Shown here: positions 38,801 through 51,441 of the stretch, one piece after another
How the letters are laid out: each line of letters opens with the position of its first letter
Position numbering within the stretch: the first letter of the stretch is position 1
NCBI RefSeq assembly: GCF_001194135.2
Contig: NC_068982.1
Location: 156,132,049-156,196,048, forward strand
From: Octopus bimaculoides
Lineage: Eukaryota
Length of the DNA: 64,000 nucleotides
Direction: 5' to 3'
The notes under the pieces: model-generated
What the model was told of the DNA's origin: nothing
What the model saw: the letters and a program-made list of their open reading frames with translations, nothing else
Database searches by the model: none
Made by a program: the position numbers and the translations under genes

Positions 38801-40136
38801 CCATTTCATAAATATTCATATTTGATATCGATTAACTAAGCTGCTCTGATGGAAGCAAATATTATAGATGTAATTGACCGTAATAATATGGTAAAAATCT
38901 TGTAGGATATTTGCGTCAGTTAATTCTCCTTACGGCCGAGATGAGAGTGAAATGATATTTTATCATAATAAGTTTGCATACATCTTAAAAGTCTTTACAA
39001 ATAAACCATGTATGAGAAGCAAAATTGTTATAATATTCTTCGGAGGCAGAAAAATTTGATAATAATTATTTTGATATCAGAGACACAATCTTGTTTCACT
39101 TTGGAGCTTTTGATAGTTGCATTTCGTTCTAGAATATAATGATTTTCGAAGTAAAATAAATAAATGAATAAAAACAAAAATTTATTTTTAGATAAAATAG
39201 AATAAAAAAAATTCTATAAATTCTTTACGCATTTTTTGACATTTGCTTTGCAAGGACTTCACCAGTAACTTCAGTCATATACAACATAAAACTGATCAAT
39301 TTCGTTTGAATCTAATTAAGCTGACACTTGCCGAAGTTCTGTGTAATTATCAGAAGTTCTTACATATTTTTATCCCATCATACGTATTTTGTCATCCACC
39401 TTTTTAGAACACTTGCTGCATAATGTAATTTACGGTAATTGAATGAAATATCGGAAATGTTGTTGACACCTGTCTTAGGAAATTAAATTACCTGTAAAAT
39501 ACTCTCTCGTCATCAGAAACAATATCACTTGATCCATCATCAAAACACGCGTCCAATTGGAAATCAAATTCATATAATAAAAAGAAGAAAGGCCGCGTAA
39601 ATCTACATAAAAGGCTTAAATTGACGTAAGAGTGAGAAAGTAAAATAGGAAGAGAGAGAAACAGAGAGAGGGAGAGAGTGAGAGAGAGAAAGGGAGGGAG
39701 ATAAAAAGAGAGCATGAAAATGAGTGAGAAAGACTTACGAATATCTATTGTTATAATTTTTAGATATTTGATGCTATTGAAAAGAATGCCTCATAGCGCT
39801 TGATTTCTATACGATAAAATCTCTTAACGATTTCTTAAACTCATCTTCAAGATCGCGTTGATACCAGTTTGCTACTAGTGTATGTATCTCTCACATTGTT
39901 ACAACTAAGACAACGGTAGTGAGTGTTAGAAACAGTGGCCTACTGTAATTCTAATTAACGAAACAGAGCGAGCATGAACATTGAAGTATGATAACTAAAA
40001 CATTGTTTAATTAAATATACGTCGTGTTCAAATGACGTTATATTATGTTGATAAATAGTGCAGAAAGTGTGAAATAGAAATAGTAAAGATTCATTTTAAG
40101 AGTAGAATAGCGAGCAGATATTTATGCCTTTAGAAA

Positions 40137-40177
<41 letters not shown>

Positions 40178-40479
40178 CATTAATTACCACTGAATTAGTA
40201 ATGATGCATTAGAAAAAATTCATAAATATAACATGATTATCTGTCTGTCTGACTATCTATCTATCTATCTATCTGCCTGCCTGTCTGCCTGTCTGTCTGC
40301 CTGTCTGTCTGTCTGTCTATCAAGCTATCTATGCTTGTATAAAATGCTCATCTATCTTTTTACACACACACACGCACGCATGCACCCATGCACCCACGCA
40401 CACACACACACGCACACGCACACGCACACGCACACGCACACACACACACATGACTGTGATTATGATGATTTAACAAAAA

Positions 40480-41233
40480 TAGTGGAAACCTTTCCGTGTC
40501 AGAAAATGTATGCAAAGTGTGTCTTGGCAGCAAAGTGCGGGAGAGAATGATCGAAACTGCTCTAATCTGCTGGAAGCATTTTAAACCAACGAAGGTACGT
40601 TTTCTTCTTTTTTAATCTGGTGACAGAGTGTGAAACTTATCTTTATGATCCTTAAATGAAGGCTCAGGCCATGGATTCTTTTATCCAGTGGCTAAGAAGT
40701 ACAAGAACCATCATTCGGTGCAGAACGTCATGGTGACTGTCTGCTAAAAAGAACAGCGTTTCCCTTTACTTTCTAGAACGTTGCTGTATAATAAACAGCG
40801 AGTGGTGCATTGAAACACTGAAAAACTAAGAGAATCCTTTTTGAGAAAGAAACCTAACAAGACTTTGAAAGCGATCTTAAGATGTATGCGCAACCATGCA
40901 CATCTTAAGCAACAAATCAAGCAAGCGATAAATTGTGCTCGTAAATGGTCCCCCGTCCTCCATAAAGTCTGGATCTGGCGTCCTCCGACCCATCAATCCC
41001 AATGAAGGACACTCTCCGAGGACAATGATTTGATAATACAGACGACATGAATCTGGATATGAAGAAATGGCTTCAACAGTGCATGTCGAACATTTTCGAA
41101 AGAAAATTTTCCACAATCACAAAAATGTATCGCTTCTGATGAAGACTACGTTGAATAGATTACTCTACCAGCATGTGCTATTTGAAATTTTACATATGCT
41201 CACTTTTACATTTCTTTTGGAAGAACCATCGTA
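40480..41233 (+). mobile_element. Mariner transposase relic with right TIR
   Basis: QKMYAKCV (RKVCARWVP), LVTECETYLYDP (IVTGDETW..YDP), SLDLASSD (SPDLAPSD), KCIASDEDYVE*; ends ...accatcgTA. Confidence 0.8.
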
Positions 41234-41281
41234 TAACTCTCAGTCAACTCCCTGTCTCTGTCTCTATCTTTGTCTCCGTGT

Positions 41282-41344
<63 letters not shown>

Positions 41345-42189
41345 CATATATATATATATATATGTATAATAATAATATTAGGGATAAAAATTCAAATTTA
41401 TAGGTAAAAACTCAATTAAGTTCATGAACCTTGGTTCTTTCCCTAAAACTATACATGTATATATATAGTTATATTTTCTTGCGAAAGATACAGACCGCAT
41501 AGAAGTGCACAAGTCGAGGCTACCACTGTTATCCCACCCCCACAACTGTCACCACCATCACCACCACATAACACCAAGACATAACAACGCTAACAGCTGT
41601 TTCTGATCAAAATTCTCAGAATGCAGTCTATACATAAATGCGCGAATAAAGTTCTTCGTCTTCATAGGCCATTCGAATTGAGGTGTCCGATCTTCATCAG
41701 AGTGAAAAACAAGAGCATACAATAGAAACAAAGGGAGAATGAAGAGGTAAGAAAACATGGTTTAAACAAATAGTCTAAAAGCCCAATATGTTAAGTGCAC
41801 GTAATTATCTACCATCCGAGCTCAAAGAACATAGATGCGAGAATGAGCTATTAAAGGACTAGGGAATTCTAATAGTTATTAACAGGAGGGTGCAGTTAGG
41901 AGGGGGTCAGGATGTTAAATGAAGAAGTTATCCAGAAGCTCTGTGTAAATAAGATAATAACATAATACTCGAAGGTGAAGCCTATGTTAAACGGAATAAA
42001 CTTAAGTAAAGTTTAAAAAAATTTGACGTAAAAAAATTTACTCACAGGAAATTAATACCAAGAATCCCCAAGGTAAGGGAGATAAGACAATGAGAAGAAT
42101 TTAAGGGCCGCTTATGTCAATCAATCTCTTAACGGTATAACACATGAGAGGGGAACATACAGACCAACAATTAAGTGGTTAAGGGGAGG

Positions 42190-42207
42190 CAATATAATGT
42201 ATGTATG

Positions 42208-42241
<34 letters not shown>

Positions 42242-42259
42242 TGTATGTATGTACGTATG

Positions 42260-42342
<83 letters not shown>

Positions 42343-42393
42343 AATGTATATCCATCCATTCGTCCGTCTGTCCGTCCGTCCGTCCGTCCGTCC

Positions 42394-42432
<39 letters not shown>
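42190..42432. repeat. Compound (TATG)n-(CTAT)n-(CTGT)n-(CCGT)n microsatellite
   Basis: Directly visible. Confidence 0.95.
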
Positions 42433-42435
<3 letters not shown>

Positions 42436-43160
42436 ATTTAATGTATTTGTGTCATTGTTTCTATATCTGATCCAGTCTAAAAACCAATGACGTATTTTGA
42501 TGAAACCTTTTATACTTCGTAAGGTAGAGGTTTGCAAATAGATTAGAAAACAAGCTTGAATAACCACTGGGATTGATATATTATCGACGTAACCCTGTGT
42601 GTATGTGTGTGTGTATGTGTGCGTCTGTGTATGTGTGTGTCTGTGTATATGTGTGCGTTCTCCTAAATATAAATGTGAGAGTGTTATAAGTGTCTTAAGG
42701 GATGTTAATAAGTTTCCTTAAATACATGAATAATTTCAGCGCACAATCCAACATATATATTAAAATAACACAAATGATCGTAAATACAGAACAACATAGA
42801 ACAGGATAACGAAAAATAGGGAAAAAGGGACAAAACATAAATACAAAAAAGAAAAAAACAAAACAAACAAGTCTGTATATTTCTTCTACTATTTTCTTCT
42901 GACTCTTACCTGCTTGCTAAATATTTCGTAAAACTGGAATTAATGAAGAATTGTATAATTCTCCTGGATATATTCTGTTGCATGGTTTTAATAGCATTTT
43001 GAGATAAGAGAAAATAACACCTCGTTGAATAATGGTTTGTAGTTTGGATGCGCGATGACACCTCGTTTAACAGAAAACACTAATAGAACAGGAATCTTGT
43101 CAGATTAACTACGAGTTTACAGAAAATGCAAGGAAAAACATACATGCATACATACATACA

Positions 43161-43225
<65 letters not shown>

Positions 43226-44869
43226 NNNNNNNNNNNNNNNNNNNNNNNNNNNNNNNNNNNNNNNNNNNNNNNNNNNNNNNNNNNNNNNNNNNNNNNNNNN
43301 NNNNNNNNNNNNNNNNNNNNNNNNNNNNNNNNNNNNNNNNNNNNNNNNNNNNNNNNNNNNNNNNNNNNNNNNNNNNNNNNNNNNNNNNNNNNNNNNNNNN
43401 NNNNNNNNNNNNNNNNNNNNNNNNNNNNNNNNNNNNNNNNNNNNNNNNNNNNNNNNNNNNNNNNNNNNNNNNNNNNNNNNNNNNNNNNNNNNNNNNNNNN
43501 NNNNNNNNNNNNNNNNNNNNNNNNNNNNNNNNNNNNNNNNNNNNNNNNNNNNNNNNNNNNNNNNNNNNNNNNNNNNNNNNNNNNNNNNNNNNNNNNNNNN
43601 NNNNNNNNNNNNNNNNNNNNNNNNNNNNNNNNNNNNNNNNNNNNNNNNNNNNNNNNNNNNNNNNNNNNNNNNNNNNNNNNNNNNNNNNNNNNNNNNNNNN
43701 NNNNNNNNNNNNNNNNNNNNNNNNNNNNNNNNNNNNNNNNNNNNNNNNNNNNNNNNNNNNNNNNNNNNNNNNNNNNNNNNNNNNNNNNNNNNNNNNNNNN
43801 NNNNNNNNNNNNNNNNNNNNNNNNNNNNNNNNNNNNNNNNNNNNNNNNNNNNNNNNNNNNNNNNNNNNNNNNNNNNNNNNNNNNNNNNNNNNNNNNNNNN
43901 NNNNNNNNNNNNNNNNNNNNNNNNNNNNNNNTATATATATATATATATTTATATACGAATATATATGCATGTATGTATATATATATATATATGTGTGTGT
44001 GTGTATGTGTATGATTGTGTATTATAAGTATCTGCTAGTGTGTATACCTATACACTCTTTTGATTTGTGTTGTGCTTTGACTATGCACGTTACAGACAAC
44101 TGAAGACATGCGCACACACAAATCCGCACGCATATACTTCTACAAACAAGAATATAATATACAAATGTATATTTATGTGTATTTGTGTATTTGTATTCAG
44201 TGTACAGAACCATGAAAGGAATCAGCAAGACAGACACAAAGACAGAGAAATAGATAAATAGACAGATAGACAGCAATACATGTATGTGTGCTCAACAAAC
44301 ACAAAGCAACAGAAACGAGAGAAAACCTTTAACAATGAAACAATATATGTAAACAAGAAATATTTTGCCGCCTTTTTACGAATAGCGAGGCTCCATATTT
44401 CACACCCAATGGCGAAATGCGTCAAAATCTTATTTCTGTTTTAAAGAATGCTTTCTATGTGAAACGTGTCAGGAAAAAGAAATGAAAAAAGAAGGAAAAA
44501 TAAAAAAAAAAACCCTTCTCATTCTAATTTCTAATTGTTGTCACTTAAACTTAACGAAGACGTGAAGACTACAGTGCGTTAGCTCACAGATCTGACTCCA
44601 TGTTAAGCATTTGACAGATAACATGGTAAATTTATACCGTTCTAACTGTGTATTTGCAGCTTATAATTAAGGACAAGATCTAAGGAATATGTTTCGAATA
44701 GCATATTTGTAATTTATAACCAGACTAGGACTACAAATATTGAATTAATATTATATAAAATAGAGCTACACGTATGGTTTATTATAGTGAACATCGTTTG
44801 TCTATTAGAATTTGAGCAAGATATAATTAATTTGCTTAGAATTTCTTTGTCAAGAATATGATATACAAG

Positions 44870-45110
44870 ACCTTTACAAACGAAGTGGGTGCTGGAAAGT
44901 GGCTGGTTTTAAGGGTATCGTCTAAGACCAGACTGGAGGCCCAACCTTCCGAGTTCTTTTGCAGGGCTTTGAAAAACTGAAGGACCGCTGCCATAAATGA
45001 GTTAAATCTGAGAGGAATGTTGAATAAAATCGTAATTAACGGATCCTCCTGTATTTTCTTTTACTCATTTTACTCAAAGCTTGGAACTTTTCAGCGCATC
45101 CCCTCTTATA
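44870..45110 (+). mobile_element. Mariner 3' end with TIR
   Basis: RLEAQPSEFF..GFEKLKDRCHK resembles the mariner C-terminus; ends ggaacttttcagcgcatcccctctTA, TIR-like. Confidence 0.7.
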
Positions 45111-46809
45111 TATATATGTGTGTGTGTGTGTGTGAGTGTGTGTGTGTATATATATATGTGTATGTATGTGTGTGTATATATATATATATATGTGTGAAAG
45201 TGTGTATATATGTGTGTATATATGTATATATANNNNNNNNNNNNNNNNNNNNNNNNNNNNNNNNNNNNNNNNNNNNNNNNNNNNNNNNNNNNNNNNNNNN
45301 NNNNNNNNNNNNNNNNNNNNNNNNNNNNNNNNNNNNNNNNNNNNNNNNNNNNNNNNNNNNNNNNNNNNNNNNNNNNNNNNNNNNNNNNNNNNNNNNNNNN
45401 NNNNNNNNNNNNNNNNNNNNNNNNNNNNNNNNNNNNNNNNNNNNNNNNNNNNNNNNNNNNNNNNNNNNNNNNNNNNNNNNNNNNNNNNNNNNNNNNNNNN
45501 NNNNNNNNNNNNNNNNNNNNNNNNNNNNNNNNNNNNNNNNNNNNNNNNNNNATATATATATATATATATATACATATCTATACATATATATATATGTATA
45601 TACATACATACATACGCACATATACATATGTAAATATGTATATATATACATAAAGTAATACATACACACGCATATGAATGCAGGCGCAGTACGGCCGAAT
45701 GGTCAAGAAGTCCTCTTTGCGACCACGATATTTCGGGTTCGATTGCACTATGTGGCAACTAAGGCGAGTGTCGACCCGTAACTTTGAGAGTGAAGTTGCG
45801 TAGACGAGAACTGAACAAAAGCCAGTTGCGAAAGATTCTAATTTAATTCAAAATTAAGAACTTGTCACGCTGTGTCACGCTGTTTCTGCTCGTGAATTAC
45901 GTTAAGGGTGCATGTGTGTATGAAACGCTCTGCTACTTAGATGTTAGTTTAGGAGCAGGTTATTCAGTTGGTCGTACGACTAAATTGTCATCACCAAACG
46001 TGGAAGAAACATCTATCCATCCATCCATCCATCCATCCATCCATCCATCCATCCATCCATCCATTCATTCATTCATTCATTCATTCAAATATCTACCCCC
46101 ACACACGTACAGACACACATCCATATATGTATGTCTGCTACCGTTCCGTGAATTACAATTTACTGCTCTATAATAATATCCTTTAGATAATTCTGAATGC
46201 GTACTATCGTAACATAGTCTGCGATTAGATGTATTTCATAGGGTTCGAAACGTGTATTAATGGTTTATGATTAGATACAATTCCAATGAAATTCATCCCA
46301 GGAATATCCTTATCAAAACCAACGATTTGAATAATACAACTGCATAACATTGCAGCCATAAAATAAAAATATAATAAAAAAGCAAAGAGGAAACAATTTT
46401 GTGTGAATATTTAAAAGGAAAGACATTAAAAAAAATTCTTTATTGGGCAGGTTGTTGGAGAGTTAATTCTGTTTTGATTCTAAAAAAAATCTGTTCATAA
46501 CATAGGCAATAAATAATCAATATATAAGTATTTATACTTGGCTACTCGACTAATATCAGCGATCTTCCTGGTTTCCTCTGTGGATCATTCCAATACAATG
46601 CAGAGTGTCCAGGAGCTATTATCGCTTTATTGGACCTGCAATACTGCAACAGTTTTTCTAACTCTTTCCTCCTTTCTCTTTTTCTCAATAATGCTCTTCA
46701 TCGGACGCTAGTGGACAGCCAACACACACATATATGCACACACACACACATACGCACATACACTTACTTATACATAGGTAGGTAGATAAACACAAGATTT
46801 ATATATAAT

Positions 46810-47014
46810 CTTTTACTCTTTTATTCTTTTACTTGTTTCAGTCATTTGACTGGCCATGTTGGAGCACCACCTTTAGTCGAGCAAATCGACCCCAGGACTT
46901 ATTCTTTGTAAGCTTAGTACTTATTCTATCGGTCTCTTTTGCCGAACCGCTAAGTCACGGGGATGTAAACATACCAGCATCGGTTGTCAAGCGATGTTGG
47001 GGGGACGAACACAG

Positions 47015-47089
<75 letters not shown>

Positions 47090-47265
47090 CATACATATAT
47101 ACGACGGGCTTCTTTCAGTTTCCGTCTACCAAATCCACTCACAAGGCTCTGGTCGGCCCGAGGCTATAGTAGAAGACACTTGCCCAAGGTGCCACGCAGT
47201 GGAACTGAACCCAGAACCATGTGGTTGGTAAGCAAGCTACTTACCATGCAGCCACTCCTACGCCT
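46810..47265 (-). mobile_element. SINE family A, full-length young copy
   Basis: Complete head (reverse complement of aggcgtaggagtggctg), CORE-like segment, internal (CA)n(TA)n, and tail. Confidence 0.95.
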
Positions 47266-47591
47266 ATATATATACATACATGGAGCTCAACGTACACAGA
47301 ATGAAAATAAAGAGAAAAAATATCTACAAAGTAATTATGTAATGTCTTACATACAAAAACCATGGGTATGCAACCGGTGACGATTCACATGAAAATGTTG
47401 CAGTAAGTCCGACGCCTCGTTTCGAGAGAAGATTGGCAAATGCCAAATGCTTACCTCTATGACAGATTACCTTCAGTTTCCGTCTACCAAACCAAATTCT
47501 CTCGCAAGGTTTTCTTCTGGTCACATCTCGCTTATGTAAGTGTGTATGTATGTATGTATGTATGTATGTATGTATGTATGTATGTATGTAT

Positions 47592-47900
47592 GTTGGGGCA
47601 AGAATGTCACCCTGCTTGACACTATCCTCTAGAGGAATGGGTCCCCCCGTGCCACCACCAACATTGACCCAAGCCTCCATCCCATCATGAAATGATTTAA
47701 TTATAGATACAAAGGGATCTGGACATCTAACTTTGCCAAGTATTTTCCATAGAAAGGCCCTATTTACAGTATCAAAGGCCTTTTTTAAATCAATGAATAC
47801 CTGGACAAGATCCATATTCTGCTCATAGCACTTCTCCTGCATCTGTCTTGCTGTGAAAATCATATCCATTGTCCCTCTACCAGATCGGAAGCCACATTGA
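47592..47900 (-). mobile_element. RTE LINE RT fragment (inverted 5' segment)
   Basis: QCGFRSGRGTMDMIFTARQMQEKC..FIDLKKAFDTVNR..VKQGDILAPT. Confidence 0.92.
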
Positions 47901-48286
47901 GATTAAGATAGGACATCATTTACGAGATACCCATTGTCAAGTCCTCATTAAAGGCCTGTGATATGCTGGATACTGACTGGGAGAACAATGCCTGTCATCG
48001 CCACGGATGGAGGAAGCAGGTTAAGGAGGGTATCGACACTTTTGAGAGAGCACGTATCCAGCATGAAGAACTTAAGCGAGCTGCGCGAAAGCGCACGACT
48101 CATATAGTGAATGGGGAAAGCTTAATCTGCGATGTTTGCAGTCGTGTATGCTTGTCAAGAGGGCTCATTAGCCACCAACGGAGCCGCAAATGCAAAATAT
48201 AAGTTAGTCCTAGAGCGCACACTGTTCCTGAAAGTCGGCAATGGTCTTCCTCGGTCACGAGTGGACGGCCATCATCATCATCATCA
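47901..48286 (+). mobile_element. RTE LINE 3' end with (CAT)n tail
   Basis: KSSLKAC..WENNACHRHGWRKQVKEG..LICDVCSRVCLSRGLISHQR; 3' UTR, then (CAT)n. Confidence 0.88.
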
Positions 48287-48639
48287 TGTTTGAATGTATA
48301 TATGTATGTATGTATGCATGTGTGTGTGAGTGCGTGCGCGTGCGTGTGATAGAGTGTGTGTGTGTGTGTTGGTTTTAATAATGGGAACGTGTGTGTAAGA
48401 TCAAGTAATACAGAAAGCGCAACGAAGAGGAGTAAAAATGTTCCACTCAATATTGCTGTCTGAGCCACACTCATCATCATCCACATCGCACCAAGAGCAA
48501 CAAAGCTAACGCGATTACGACAAATAGCCTCACCTTCTTGTGTACGTCCATCTCCACGATGGCTACAACCATTGCCATCGCTATCACCACAAGTCCCTTG
48601 CAATCACTATTAGCTCCTATACAACTACCACTTTTAGCA

Positions 48640-49094
48640 CCATTTCAACCACCACCAGCACCACCAGCACCACCAGCACCACCAGCACCAGCACCAGCAC
48701 CACNNNNNNNNNNNNNNNNNNNNNNNNNNNNNNNNNNNNNNNNNNNNNNNNNNNNNNNNNNNNNNNNNNNNNNNNNNNNNNNNNNNNNNNNNNNNNNNNN
48801 NNNNNNNNNNNNNNNNNNNNNNNNNNNNNNNNNNNNNNNNNNNNNNNNNNNNNNNNNNNNNNNNNNNNNNNNNNNNNNNNNNNNNNNNNNNNNNNNNNNN
48901 NNNNNNNNNNNNNNNNNACCACCACCACCATTACCAAAACCACCACCTCCACCACCGCCACCACCACAACCACCACCACCACCACTGCCTCCATGCCTTC
49001 TTGCTACACACCCAATATATCAATAGCTATCATTATAACAACTGGAAAATTGCTGAAATAACGAGTAATGTTGAGTGAAACAACAGCTGACTTA

Positions 49095-49131
<37 letters not shown>

Positions 49132-49170
49132 CGTCGCCGCTGTTGCTGCTGCTGCTACTACTGATGCTGA
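48640..49170. repeat. (CCA)/(CCAGCA)n and (CTA)/(CTG)n low-complexity tracts around a gap
   Basis: Directly visible. Confidence 0.9.
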
Positions 49171-49333
49171 TGCTAATACCAGTCGCTTTGGCTTCTCTAT
49201 CAGATTTTTGGGCGGTAATATATAACCAATTAGTTCATCAAATTCTCGACAGCTTTTTAACTCTCTTTCCCCTCCTCTCTCTATCTGGATGTCTATCTAT
49301 TCATACTAACATACAAATATATATGCATGTATA

Positions 49334-50033
49334 TACAGGGTGCGATGGGTAAATTGTCACCATTTTATATGTTTAATTTCGCGCATGCGCGTTGTTTGTT
49401 TTTGATTTTATCCATTACACAGTATAGTATCATCAGTTGGGCACCGTCTGAGAGAAAAAAGATCACCATGACGCAATTCACTCTGCCAGAAATTTGGAAA
49501 CGACATACTGTACTGCTTAGCATTCACGCCGGAAGCTCCAATACGAACATTTCAGAGTGTTTGGGTGTCAATTTGAGAGTTATAAAAATCAAACATGAAG
49601 TCCACATCATAGTTTTTGGAGTGATCACTAGTGATCCACACGGCCTCACTCAACACGGAAGCCTACATCATATGCCTGGAGGATGTAGTGCGGCCCTGGG
49701 TGATGAGGGTGACTGCTGGATGACCCTCTGTCTGGCACCAGGACTCTGCACCATGCCACACAAGCAGGAGAGCCCTGTCATGGTTGTCAGAAAATTTCTG
49801 CGACCAAATCAGCCCTAAAATCTGACCACATAACTCCCCAGACTGAAAACCCCTTTGATTATTATGTTTGAGGTGCAGTTGAGTGAGAGACCAACAAAAC
49901 TCCGTGTAACATCAATGATGAACAGAAGGCAAGGATTATGGCAGCATTCACGAACTTAAAGAAGGGGACCGTCCAGAAGGATTGCCGGAGATTCCGAAGT
50001 CGTCTGGAGGCCGTGTTTGAAGCCAATGGCGAT
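49334..50033 (+). mobile_element. Tc1/mariner superfamily, maT (DD37D) transposon relic, internally deleted, running into a gap
   Basis: Starts TAcagggtg. VFGVITSD; WHQDSAPCHT..(W)PHNSPD.NPFDYYV gives 37 residues between the second and third Asp after removing one extra A; RSRLEAVFEANGD. Confidence 0.88.
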
Positions 50034-50815
50034 NNNNNNNNNNNNNNNNNNNNNNNNNNNNNNNNNNNNNNNNNNNNNNNNNNNNNNNNNNNNNNNNNNN
50101 NNNNNNNNNNNNNNNNNNNNNNNNNNNNNNNNNNNNNNNNNNNNNNNNNNNNNNNNNNNNNNNNNNNNNNNNNNNNNNNNNNNNNNNNNNNNNNNNNNNN
50201 NNNNNNNNNNNNNNNNNNNNNNNNNNNNNNNNNNNNNNNNNNNNNNNNNNNNNNNNNNNNNNNNNNNNNNNNNNNNNNNNNNNNNNNNNNNNNNNNNNNN
50301 NNNNNNNNNNNNNNNNNNNNNNNNNNNNNNNNNNNNNNNNNNNNNNNNNNNNNNNNNNNNNNNNNNNNNNNNNNNNNNNNNNNNNNNNNNNNNNNNNNNN
50401 NNNNNNNNNNNNNNNNNNNNNNNNNNNNNNNNNNNNNNNNNNNNNNNNNNNNNNNNNNNNNNNNNNNNNNNNNNNNNNNNNNNNNNNNNNNNNNNNNNNN
50501 NNNNNNNNNNNNNNNNNNNNNNNNNNNNNNNNNNNNNNNNNNNNNNNNNNNNNNNNNNNNNNNNNNNNNNNNNNNNNNNNNNNNNNNNNNNNNNNNNNNN
50601 NNNNNNNNNNNNNNNNNNNNNNNNNNNNNNNNNNNNNNNNNNNNNNNNNNNNNNNNNNNNNNNNNNNNNNNNNNNNNNNNNNNNNNNNNNNNNNNNNNNN
50701 NNNNNNNNNNNNNNNNNNNNNNNNNNNNNNNNNNNNNNNNNNNNNNNNNNNNNNNNNNNNNNNNNNNNNNNNNNNNNNNNNNNNNNNNNNNNNNNNNNNN
50801 NNNNNNNNNNNNNNN

Positions 50816-50875
<60 letters not shown>

Positions 50876-51405
50876 TTCTAGCCAATTACCGTACTGTCAA
50901 CTGGCGTTTTCGACTGAACACGGTACAAAACAGGGTATCTTTGATCTTGGACACCTTAACCATCCAGAAGGGTTGACAAGCAGACAATAGCACAGAAACT
51001 GATATCAGGGGAATGTCCAGGTTCATGGTCTGGATGTGGCTCGGTCCCTTTACAGTGTAAGAAGTTAAGGGCTGAAGAACATACATGAGAGGGGCTTCGT
51101 ATTTGAAAACCCTCCACTGTTCAACTCTCCCTTGAGTTGAACAGCAGAATGTATTAGCTGAATATACTCACACACACACACACACACACGTGAAAACATA
51201 CACTCTGACACACTTATAGACGTATATAGATACAGAAATATTCATACGTATACTAACAGGTATGCACACTCTGACAAATATACTTAAATGCACGCAAACA
51301 TCTTCCTGGTATTTCAATATGCACTACATATTTGGTGTCGCTATTTTACATACATTTGTTTACCTACATTCCTATTTGTTTACATTAACTTACATACATA
51401 CATAC

Positions 51406-51441
<36 letters not shown>

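Noticed and set aside
40503-40594. Apparent exon CKVCLGSKVRERMIETALICWKHF with donor AG|GTACGT, superficially THAP-like
   Set aside because: It lies within the mariner relic (QKMYAKCV.. LVTECETYLYDP.. SLDLASSD), which explains the region better.
40876-40909. 10-bp inverted repeat cttaagatgt/acatcttaag
   Set aside because: About what chance gives in 64 kb with a 14-nt loop, and it lies inside a mariner relic.
41660-41705. Other CTGATGA words as possible hammerheads (also near 17266, 27942, 38271, 55536)
   Set aside because: No stem II closing onto GAAA and no helix I complementarity.
42340-42560. Possible DINE-1/HINE-like element ((GTCC/GTCT)n plus ttttgatgaaac)
   Set aside because: No subterminal inverted repeats or 3' hairpin identified; the motif is too short.
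48538-49352. Pro-, Thr- and Leu-rich ORFs
   Set aside because: Degenerate (CCA)/(CTG) trinucleotide tracts spanning a gap.
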